Made by a program: the position numbers and the translations under genes. Shown one piece after another: positions 23,904 through 34,300 of a DNA stretch of 41,310 nt (position 1 is its first letter; every line of letters starts with the position of its first letter). The notes under the pieces were generated by a model. The model saw nothing but the letters and a program-made list of their open reading frames with translations. It was not told where the DNA came from and searched no databases. Source of the stretch: Nemertoderma westbladi (taxonomy: Eukaryota; Animalia; Xenacoelomorpha); the NCBI GenBank assembly GCA_032718475.1, contig JAUCBJ010006605.1, positions 1 to 41,310 on the forward strand, written 5' to 3'.

Positions 23904-24207
23904 AGCAGTAATTTAACCCTAACCCTAAGTCATGAGGCTCTCATCCAAAAAAAATTGTGGAATTTCGGACTTTTCAGTTTATTTATTATTTTCAGTTTAT
24001 TTATTAATATCCATTTCCGGTCTCCATTAATGCAAAAATTGATTTAATAAAAGTTGACAGTAATTCATAATACGGAAATAGCTGTCACTAGCAATGCTAG
24101 TGCCGCAAGGAGGTGATGGGTAAGCTAAGACCAGAAGTGGAGGGGGAAATCATTTTTGCAAACATTTATTAGATTAGAGCCTCATGACTTCGGGTTAAAT
24201 TACTGCT
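23904..24207. mobile_element. TTAA-targeting MITE (Kolobok-like termini), 304 bp
   Basis: TTAA|AGCAGTAATTTAACCC...AAGTCATGAGGCTCT ... AGAGCCTCATGACTT.GGGTTAAATTACTGCT|TTAA. Confidence 0.8.
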
Positions 24208-24383
24208 TTAATTATGGTTTGGGCCGTCACTATTGTAACCCGTTAAAACGACATCCGTTAAAACGTGGCACCTCTAGTGTGATATCCCCATTGTTATCTA
24301 CTGTACAAGGTTGCACCGTCACAACTCCCTATCCCCATGACTATCGCGAGATTATCCGTATCTTCAAGGCCAGTGTTAAGAGG

Positions 24384-24625
24384 TTAGTCAGTTAAGAGGC
24401 GACTAAGATTGTGTACAGGCTGGTCCTCACGGCCAAAGCAATTTTCTGCAAAGCGGAGGCGGCTTTGTTCTAGTGTCAAGCTTGGGGGAACCAATGAGAC
24501 ACCTCCAATGTCATATAGTGTTTGGTTGGAGATGTGTGCATTGTACTTGACACAATGAACCCGGCGTAGCATTCTTGTGAATGTGCCATCCAGAGATTTG
24601 GTGTCCTCAGCAGTTAGAGCCCTGG
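24384..24625 (-). mobile_element. RTE-like LINE fragment (region C-terminal to RT)
   Basis: LTAEDTKSLDGTFTRMLRRV...HISNQTLY...SRLRFAENC matches LDG..TRMLR...H..N..LY...RLRFAGHC of RTE-type ORFs. Confidence 0.7.
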
Positions 24626-25495
24626 GCTTTACTACACCTTAAAAAATAAATAGTACAAGGATCGTTATACAACCCGTATTAAATAAAATTGTTAAAATAA
24701 AAAAAAAGTATATAATTTACATTTCTGAATAGTAGGCCACAAACTGTATTTTGACAGCCATCTCTACTCTATGTTTTGTAAAAAACAACTAGCTACAGTA
24801 GCAAATAATTACTAGCTATCCTGATTATCAAATACAAATTACTAGCTATGTTTCATAAATTATTTCAGAGAAATTTAATTGATGAGTAAAGTATAATTTT
24901 AATTTTTTTACAAGCTAATGACATGTAGGCTACTAGCTCACACACAAAATTGTTTGCTACAGTACTTACAGTCAGAAGGTCAAATATTTATTCTATAACA
25001 AAAAACCTCATGATAAAACCATTTTCATAGGATAAAAAGATAAAAATAATTTCTTTCGTAATATCTAAAATAGCTTTTTAAAATACTCGATACCGTGGAA
25101 AGATTGATTATCCCCAATCTACTGTTCATAGGTGTTTTGGTACGTGTTTAGGAACATTTTTAAAAACCAATATTTGTAAACTTTTTGTTTTTTAAATCAC
25201 TAGCTAATCCAAAAATACTAGCTACCGGTATACCATGCATAACAATTAAATACATTTTTTTGGCCGCGTGATGTTCTAGAACATAAATAAATGTCAAAAA
25301 CTGCCTTATTGTAGTTGTTCTAAAATCTTTAATCAAAATGACCGACATTTTAATAAGTTTGGGAATTGTTGTGAAAAGATCCTAGCAACAACAATTTCCG
25401 TTCGAATCCAACCAATTAACGAAGCAATACATTTATAATTTCCGATGATTGGCTGAAGTGAAAGTGAAGTGTTCCTTTATTCAAGGGAATTTTAA

Positions 25496-25976
25496 TTATA
25501 CTAATTGCCCAACTTATTGGAATTTTTCCGACGTTCAAACATGCGTTGAAGAGGATCACTAGTATGTGGAGAATTAGTGGAAGTGATGCTTTCACGTGCT
25601 CGTAATATATTCTATCGGGCCCGCATGCCTTGTGGTTCGAAGTGCAGTTAACAGCTTCGGAGATTTCCGCCTCAGTAATTGGTTTATTGTACCAGGCATC
25701 ATCCTCTTTCTCGGCGTCAGTTACTTCCGGGGTTTCATCAATTCCTTCGGGGTTTGATTCCGTACCAATCAACTTCCTAAAGTGCTCCTCAAGCGTAAGA
25801 CTGTCTATCGTGGCTGGGGAGTTATGGCTCTCTCCCTTGAGCAGTATCCACGGCGTGATTTCGGATTGTGCGAGTTTTTCTAATAGCTTGCTTTCTTCGT
25901 ACTGAACCTTCTTACGTCGCAAGAGATCTTTATATTTCCTCCTGGCGATAAAGTAATTTTTTTCGAATTAACGGTA
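25496..25976 (-). mobile_element. Internal LINE ORF2 fragment (linker and start of RT)
   Basis: PITEAEISEAV...KACGPDRI...LFNACLNVGKIPISWAISII is the conserved non-LTR RT N-terminal block; flanked by 17-bp direct repeat ATTCAAGGGAATTTTAA (25479-25495, 25977-25993). Confidence 0.85.
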
Positions 25977-26466
25977 ATTCAAGGGAATTTTAAGAGTTCA
26001 CTCATCACTTCACTTCTCTACTTCACTTTTAGTAGAAGTGTTCACTTACAAGTGTTTACTTGTTTTTATTCAAACCATCAGCCTTGGTGAAATTTACAAC
26101 GGGTTTCATATTCGGAATCTACAGATGAAGGCGGTTCTAATGATATCTAGATTACAATCAAAAGACGAAAAATAAAGCCAACGCATGTGGCTAAATATTG
26201 CGAAATAGACGATTTTTAACGGCTTGTTGTATCGAAATAGCTCATAAATTAAAAAATCCGGCCAGGCCACCAGTAAGAAAAGGTGTCGATCTATCATCAT
26301 ACCGAATTTCGTAGCATTTTATTGAAATTTTAAAAAAATTAGGGGGGGGGGGGGCTCCGACCCCCTAAAAATTGTTGTTGTATTAAGGGTTATGGTGTAT
26401 ATATAAATGACTATGTTATGACTAAATGTTAGCTATTTGTTTTGAAATAATTGTTATTTTCTTGAG

Positions 26467-29030
26467 CAAGGATATATCTTTTTACAGAACACAGCAGAAC
26501 ACAGTAGAACACAGCAGAACACAATAGAATACAGGCGGAACATAGGCGAACACAGCTGTAATTAAAATCTACACCAAAAAATAACACACTTGGGAAAGTA
26601 CCGGATTTAATCATACAACTGTAAGATGTCAATTACATATTTAAATTAAATGACGGTTTTCCATATCCTCCAAAATAAATTACTTCTCATTATCCTGTAA
26701 CCATGGAGAGTTGGTTAGTTCTACAGCAGTACAGTACCGGTAGCTGAGTAGGCCTACATCAGTACATTGGTAATATACTCTACACTGTGCCCGGTAATTG
26801 CCGGTAAATGCCTACATCTGTCTGCCTGTACAATGTACAGTCTGTCAGTCTGTACATGTCTCTACACCACTAGGCCTACTGCCTACTGCTGGTTGTACAA
26901 TTGTTTTTTAAATTTCCCGCGTTTCTGTAATTACTGTTTTTAATTCGCAATAATTTTTATTGTCCGTTTAAATCCATTTTTTTGTCCTTTTTTTTATTTT
27001 TTATGTCCTCCAAAAGTCTAATGTTAGGTTCCATGCTACCGGTTTCTCTACTGCTGTTCTCTCAGGCTATCAGTACCGGTATTAGTATATATATAGCACT
27101 ATTTTGCTGTATTGTATGTACAGATGTAGGTATAAAGCAGGTATTTCTGTATTTTAGTACCGGCACCGGTACTGCTATAGGCCTACTGTGTAGCCTACCA
27201 TTTAAATACGGTAATGGTAGACCTACCGGTTGTGCTAATAAATTTTAAATAATTGATAGGCCAAACTGGATTGCAGGATTGTGGAAAATGTGGATATACC
27301 TTTCACATAATTTAGGCCTATTACTGTATTCGTTTTATAATCAATAATGGATCATGACTACTGTCTGAATAGTAGTGTTACGGATAACCTGCTCCTTTCC
27401 CTGATTTGGTAAAGTGACTGTTTATTGTTTTGGTTAGAAAATCCGGCCTTAACCTGCTCCTTTCCCTCAATTAGCTAAGTGATCGTTTATTGTTTTGGTT
27501 AGAAAATCCCGCCTCTGTAACCTGCTCCTTTCGCTCAATTGGTAATGTTATCGTTTATTGTTTTGGTTAGAAAATCCCGCCTCTGTAACCTGCTCCTTTC
27601 TCTCAATTGGTAATGTTATCGTTTATTGTTTTGGTTAGAAAATCCCGTCTCTGTAACCTGCTCCTTTCCCTCAATTAGGTAAATGATCGTTTATTGTTTT
27701 GGTTAGAAAATCCCGCCTCTGTAACCTGCCCCTTTCCCTCAATTAGTTAAATGATCGTTTATTGTTTTGGTTAGAAAATCCCGCCTCTGTAACCTGCTCC
27801 TTTCCCTGAATTGGTAAAGTGACCGTTTATTGTTTTGGTTAGAAAGGCCCGCCTCTGTAACCTGCCCCTTTCCCTCAATTCGTTAAATTATCGTTTATTG
27901 TTTTGGTTAGAAAATCCCGCCTCTGTAACCTGCTCCTTTCCCTCAATTTGTTAAGTGATGGTTTATTGTTTTGGTTAGAAAATTCCGCCTCTGTAACCTG
28001 TCCCTTTCCTTCAATTAGTTAAATGATCGTTTATTGTTTTGGTTAGAAAATCCCGCCTCTGTAACCTGCTCCTTTCCCTCAATAAGTTAAGTGATCGTTT
28101 ATTGTTTTGGTTAGAAAATCCCGCCTCTGTAACCTGCTCCTTTCCCTCAATTAGTTAAGTGATCGTTTATTATTTTGGTTAGTCCCGTCTCTGTAACCTG
28201 CTCCTTTCCCTGATTTGGTAAAGTGACTGTTTATTGTTTTGGTTAGAAAACTCGGCCTTAACCTGCTCCTTTCCATCAATTGGTAATTGTTTTTGGCTAT
28301 AAAATGAGTGTTTTGCTACGTCATGTGGTAATCGATTATCGACAACAACCACAAACTATTAAATATAGAGTCTTTTTACCACAGGCGCATATGGAAATCT
28401 ATCTCATAGTCTATAAATCATGGAATCATGGAATGTTTTAGCACAGGCATAGTGAAATCAACTGTCTGACAGTCCAGAAATCAGCAGTCTGACAGTTTGA
28501 AGAAATACATACATAAAAAGTCATTAAAAGGACAATAAAAGTCATTAAAAGGACAACAAAAGTCATTATGCATAATTCGTAAAAAAAATGACAAAAAAAA
28601 GTCAAATAAAAGGACATAAAAAATCACTGCCTTTTTAATTGTTTGTTATAGTGCCTATAATTGTGTTTGTATTTCTGAAGGTTTGTATTATTTTGTGAAT
28701 AAATGAGGCTTGTAAAGTTAAAAAAAAAAACTAGGCCTACTGCAGTACTGGAACAGCAAGCTGACAGGCAGACTGATGGACTAGTAACAGGTACAGGCCT
28801 AACCGAACAGCTGATCGGGCAACTCTGATCAGGAAATTTATTTTGGAGGATATGGATAACCGCCATTTAATTTAAATATGTAATTGACATCTTACAGTTG
28901 TATGATTAAGTCCGGTACTTTCCCAAGTGTGTTATTTTTTGGTGTAGATTTTAATTACAGCTGTGTTCGCCTATGTTCCGCCTGTATTCTATTGTGTTCT
29001 GCTGTGTTCTGTAAAAAGAACTATCCCTTG
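26467..29030. mobile_element. Non-autonomous TIR element (2.56 kb, ~200-bp TIRs) inserted in the right arm of the outer element
   Basis: 26467-26681 mirrors ~28835-29030 (identical 'MTSYSC...' ORFs on opposite strands); termini CAAGG...CCTTG; AG on both sides (2-bp TSD candidate). Confidence 0.85.
27385..28285 (+). repeat. 68-bp tandem array, ~13 copies
   Basis: Unit GTTTATTGTTTTGGTTAGAAAATCCCGCCTCTGTAACCTGCTCCTTTCCCTCAATTAGTTAAATGATC; period checked 27485 to 27553. Confidence 0.95.
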
Positions 29031-29354
29031 AGCAACAAGTTTCAGAAACAAGTTGCTCCGTGTGGGGGGGGGGCCTTAACGTAATCATTTTTATTATATA
29101 TTAAAATGAAGCTACTTTAATTAACAAATACTTACAAAATAAATAGATGATAGTCTAATCAACAGCAACAGCAACACCGTTTCCAAATATATTTAGAAGT
29201 AAGACATTCTAAAACTACAATAGGCCAAAAATCCATCGACTGCTTTCCCGTAAGGCTGCAGTGCCATTTATTTTATTCCCCTTCAATCGACATCCTCTAT
29301 TACACCATGTCCTGGAATATAGTTTCGTTATTCAGGTACCTGGACTGGACACCA

Positions 29355-29640
29355 CCACCCCCCCCCCCCCCCTAATTTTTCTCCAAATCTTAATGAGATT
29401 GCATGAAATTTGAAACATAGATAGTTTCACCTCCCTCCTCCTCCGTGGGTGAGCCAGAATTTTTATTTTTGCTTTCAATCTTTTTAGCTACAAGCGTTTA
29501 AAAAAAATGTCTCCAGCGATATTACACCAGTTACACTCCAGTTATTCTTCAACCTTATAGAGATTTTGCTGATATTGACGGAAAGCTGGCCGTGCAGGGA
29601 TTCCAAATATGTATGACGTTGTCCCGAAAACGCCGTATCG
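29355..29640 (+). repeat. Dispersed repeat, copy 2 (see 6290-6740)
   Basis: Shared colinear motifs including TCCCTCCTCCTCCGTGGG.GAGCCAGA and GGATTCCAAATATGTA. Confidence 0.7.
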
Positions 29641-30905
29641 AAAAACTGAAAGAGTTCTTCAACGCATTACATGTTGCATCAATGTACGGGAATAATTAAT
29701 ACACGTATGTAGTCTGGTCTGATCTTCCTTGTCGATTTCAGAGACCGATGAGCAGCTTGCTGATGAGTCATAACTGACTACCGTAAATATTTTTATTTTG
29801 AATTTTTGAATCCACATCCTATTACTGTACATGTAGCGGGTTATATAGGCTATATTCGATGCAATCGTGGCCATTTAATCTTAACTTAAATTTGTTACGA
29901 AACGAGTCAGCAGCATACCTTGTACTTCACTATTGTGGATCTACGTATCCTTTATATTAATTAAATAATTAATGTATGAAATAAATTTTAATCCATAATC
30001 TAGAACTATGTGTGATTGTGTTATTTTTAGTAATTGACTTATATTACATAACTGAAATTTCGTGACCGGGTTGTGTTTATAAATATTTAATGTTTAAACA
30101 TTTCAATTCCCTGTAATGCGGTTTACGAATTTTATTATTTTATCTGTTGAATGGCATGGCCCATTAAATTTTAGGAAAAGTCACGAAATGTACCGGTAAC
30201 TGCTGCACTGTACTACTAACAGCACTATGTAATACGAATGTAGCAGTACCTGCCTAATTTACACAAAGATAGTATTAGGTATCTGAATGTTAAATATCAA
30301 TGAATATCAATGGGATCCCGAGGCGTACAGTGACGTCACGACCAATCACAGATCGTTTTCAAATTTTGAATAATTTTTAAACTGAAAACACCAATATCTC
30401 GGCTATTTTAGCATCTTATTTAATTCTGTAAACGCCATTGTGTTTCTGTGATATTATTGCATCTAATTAATCTGGATTTGAATTTGAGTCGTGAACCCCA
30501 TTTAAATAATTCAATTTTTCTTTATTAGACAACAAAAATGAAATAAATTTTTCATCATTCCTAAGAACATATTAAATAATCAAACCTTCTAGCAATTTTA
30601 GTCATCTTCTTCACCTTGACAGTCTTTCTGATGAAAATGGCGGGTTATTCAATAAATAATTTAATTAAAAATAGTGTTCGTCGAAGACTTGTCAAAAACT
30701 AGCCGATCGTGCTGCCATCCCCCGTAACCTCGAATAGCTCGCAGTGCAAACATACTGAACGACAGACTGACAGACAGTATAACCACAGTGTTGTTTATTT
30801 AGCTGACCCAGTCACTGCACCAATGGGATCCAGAAAATATAAACATCGAATGACGTTATTGTAAAGTAGATTGTAACTAAATTATTGTAAAAGTATAATT
30901 TATTA

Positions 30906-31072
30906 TCAACTTGGAACTCCATTAACAGTATCTTCTAGTTCCTCATCAGATTCATCCAGGGTTTCGTCGACCTCAAACAAGGCCTCGTCACATTCGACAG
31001 TGTCTCCGGTCTGGGCGAAAAATATTTCGTCACTGGCGTCCAAAGTGGCGTCTCGTTCAAATAATTGTTTAC
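30906..31072 (-). CDS. RWDD1: RWD domain-containing protein 1 (DFRP2), last coding exon 4
   Basis: Acceptor TTTGTCTAG|GT completes Gly; (G)KQLFERDATLDASDEIFFAQTGDTVECDEALFEVDETLDESDEELEDTVNGVPS* matches the RWDD1 GKQLFE.D..LD.SD...VE.DE.LF acidic tail. Not in the ORF track. Confidence 0.93.
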
Positions 31073-31310
31073 CTAGACAAATATTGTGTCAAATATTAAT
31101 AATTAATAAAAGACTTAATAGGTATAAAATAAATAGGTAAGGTAACTAAAATATATAGTTCTAGATTTTTGTTTATAAATAAAAGTGAAAAAAATTTAAG
31201 GGGCATAAAAACTTAAAGATCCCCCCCCCCCCCTAATACCCGGTAAATTTTATTGGATATCAATTGTTGCGTGTTTATTTACTTTGTCTACCAATAATAA
31301 CTCGGTCTCA

Positions 31311-34300
31311 CATTGAGACCACGCTATGCGCTAACCGGTTAACCGTTGAGACTACGCTATGCGCTAACCGGTTAACCGTTGAGACCACGCTATGCGCTAA
31401 CCGGTTAACCGTTGAGACTACGCTAACCGGTTAAACGTTGAGACCACGCTAACCGGTTAACCATTGAGACAACGCTATGCGTTAACCGGTTAACCGTTGA
31501 GACCACGCTATGCGCTAACCGGTTAACCGTTGAGACCGCGCTATGCGCTAACCGGTTAACCGTTGAGACCACGCTATGCGCTAACCGGTTAACCGTTGAG
31601 CCTACGCTATGCGCTAACCGGTTAACCGTTGAGACCACGCTATGCGCTAACCGGTTAACCGTTGAGACTACGCTAACCGGTTAACCGTTGAGACCACGCT
31701 AACCGGTTAACCATTGAGACAACGCTATGCGTTAACCGGTTAACCGTTGAGACCACGCTATGCGCTAACCGGTTAACCGTTGAGACCGCGCTATGCGCTA
31801 ACCGGTTAACCGTTGAGACCACGCTATGCGCTAACCGGTTAACCGTTGAGACCACGCTATGCGCTAACCGGTTAACCGTTGAGACCACGCTATGCGCTAA
31901 CCGGTTAACCATTGAGACAACGCTATGCGTTAACCGGTTAACCGTTGAGACCACGCTATGCGCTAACCGGTTAACCGTTGAGACCGCGCTATGCGCTAAC
32001 CGGTTAACCGTTGAGACCACGCTATGCGCTAACCGGTTAACCGTTGATACCACGCTATGCGCTAACCGGTTAACCGTTGAGACCACGCTAACCGGTTAAC
32101 CGTTGAGACCACGCTATGCGCTAACCGGTTAACCGTTGATACCACGCTATGCGCTAACCGGTTAACCGTTGAGACCACGCTAACCGGTTAACCGTTGAGA
32201 CCACGCTATGCGCTAACCAGTTAACCGTTGAGACCACGCTATGCGCTAACCGGTTAACCGTTGATACCACTCTATGCGCTAACCGGTTAACCGTTGAGAC
32301 CGCGCTATGCGCTAACCGGTTAACCGTTGAGACCACGCTATGCGCTAACCGGTTAACCGTTGAGACCACGCTATGCGCTAACCGGTTAACCGTTGAGACC
32401 ACGCTAACCGGTTAACCATTGAGACAACGCTATGCGTTAACCGGTTAACCGTTGAGACCACGCTATGCGCTAACCGGTTAACCGTTGAGACCGCGCTATG
32501 CGCTAACCGGTTAACCGTTGAGACCACGCTATGCGCTAACCGGTTAACCGTTGAGACCGCGCTAACCGGTTAACCGTTGAGACCACGCTATGCGCTAACC
32601 GGTTAACCGTTGATACCACGCTATGCGCTAACCGGTTAACCGTTGAGACCACGCTAACCGGTTAACCATTGAGACAACGCTATGCGTTAACCGGTTAACC
32701 GTTAAGACCACGCTATGCGCTAACCGGTTAACCGTTGAGACCGCGCTATGCGCTAACCGGTTAACCGTTGAGACCACGATATGCGCTAACCGGTTAACCG
32801 TTGAGACCGCGCTAACCGGTTAACCGTTGAGACCACGCTATGCGCTAACCGGTTAACCGTTGAGACCACGCTATGCGCTAACCGGTTAACCGTTGAGACC
32901 ACGCTATGCGCTAACCGGTTAACCATTGAGACAACGCTATGCGTTAACCGGTTAACCGTTGAGACCACGCTATGCGCTAACCGGTTAACCGTTGATACCG
33001 CGCTATGCGCTAACCGGTTAACCGTTGAGACCACGCTATGCGCTAACCGGTTAACCGTTGATACCACGCTATGCGCTAACCGGTTAACCGTTGATACCAT
33101 GCTATGCGCTAACCGGTTAACCGTTGAGACCACGCTAACCGGTTAACCGTTGAGACCACGCTATGTGCTAACCGGTTAACCGTTGATACCACGCTATGCG
33201 CTAACTGGTTAACCGTTGAGACCACGCTAACCGGTTAACCGTTGAGACCACGCTAACCGGTTAACCGTTGAGACCACGCTATGCGCTAACCGGTTAACCG
33301 TTGATACCACGCTATGCGCTAACCGGTTAACCGTTGAGACAACGCTAACCGGTTAACCGTTGAGACCACGCTATGCGCTAACCAGTTAACCGTTGAGACC
33401 ACGCTATGCGCAACCGGTTAACCGTTGAGACCACGCTATGCGCTAACCGGTTAACCGTTAAGACCAAGCTATGCGCTAACCGGTTAACCGTTGAGACCAC
33501 GCTATGCGCTAACCGGTTAACCGTTGAGACCACGCTATGCGCTAACCGGTTAACCGTTGAGACCAAGCTATGCGCTAACCGGTTAACCGTTGAGACCACG
33601 CTAACCGGTTAACCGTTGAGACCACGCTAACCGGTTAACCGTTGAGACCACGCTAACCAGTTAACCGTTGAGACCACGCTATGCGCTAACCGGTTAACCA
33701 TTGAGACCACGCTATGCGCTAACCGCTTAACCGTTGAGACCACGCTATGCGCTAACCGGTTAACCATTGAGACAACACTATGCGCTAACCGGTTAACCGT
33801 TGAGACCACGCTATGCGCTAACCGGTTAACCGTTGAGACCATGCTATGCGCTAACCGGTTAACCGTTGAGACCAAGCTATGCGCTAACCGTTTAACTGTT
33901 GAGACCACGCTATGCGCTAACCGGTTAACCATTGAGACCACGCTATGCGCTAACCGGTTAACCGTTGAGACCACGCTAACCGGTTAACCGTTGAGACCAC
34001 GCTATGCGCTAACCGGTTAACCGTTGAGACCATGCTATGCGCTAACCGGTTAACCGTTGAGACCACGCTATGCGCTAACCGGTTAACCATTGAGACCACG
34101 CTATGCGCTAACCGGTTAACCGTTGAGACCACGCTATGCGCTAACCGGTTAACCGTTGAGACCACGCTATGCGCTAACCGGTTAACCATTGAGACCACGC
34201 TATGCGCTAACCGGTTAACCGTTGAGACCACGTTATGCGCTAACCGGTTAACCGTTGAGACCACGATATGCGCTAACCGGTTAACCATTGAGACAACGCT

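Larger units (their letters stand above)
23473..26079. mobile_element. Nested TIR element with AAGTG/CACTT-rich subterminal repeats
   Basis: GGTGGTTTGAATAGAAACAAGTAAACACTT mirrors AAGTGTTTACTTGTTTTTATTCAAACCATC. Confidence 0.65.
23058..29063. mobile_element. Outer non-autonomous TIR element (~6 kb including nested insertions)
   Basis: 23058-23090 (ACACGGACCAACTTGTTTCTGAAACTTGTTGCT) mirrors 29031-29063 with one mismatch; its continuation 23091-23340 mirrors 26083-26331, so the right arm is split by a later insertion. CAC-type termini; TSD not evident. Confidence 0.8.

Noticed and set aside
26429-26632. Duplicated 'MTSYSCMIKSG' ORFs (also 28884-29084)
   Set aside because: They are the two arms of a terminal inverted repeat, not genes.
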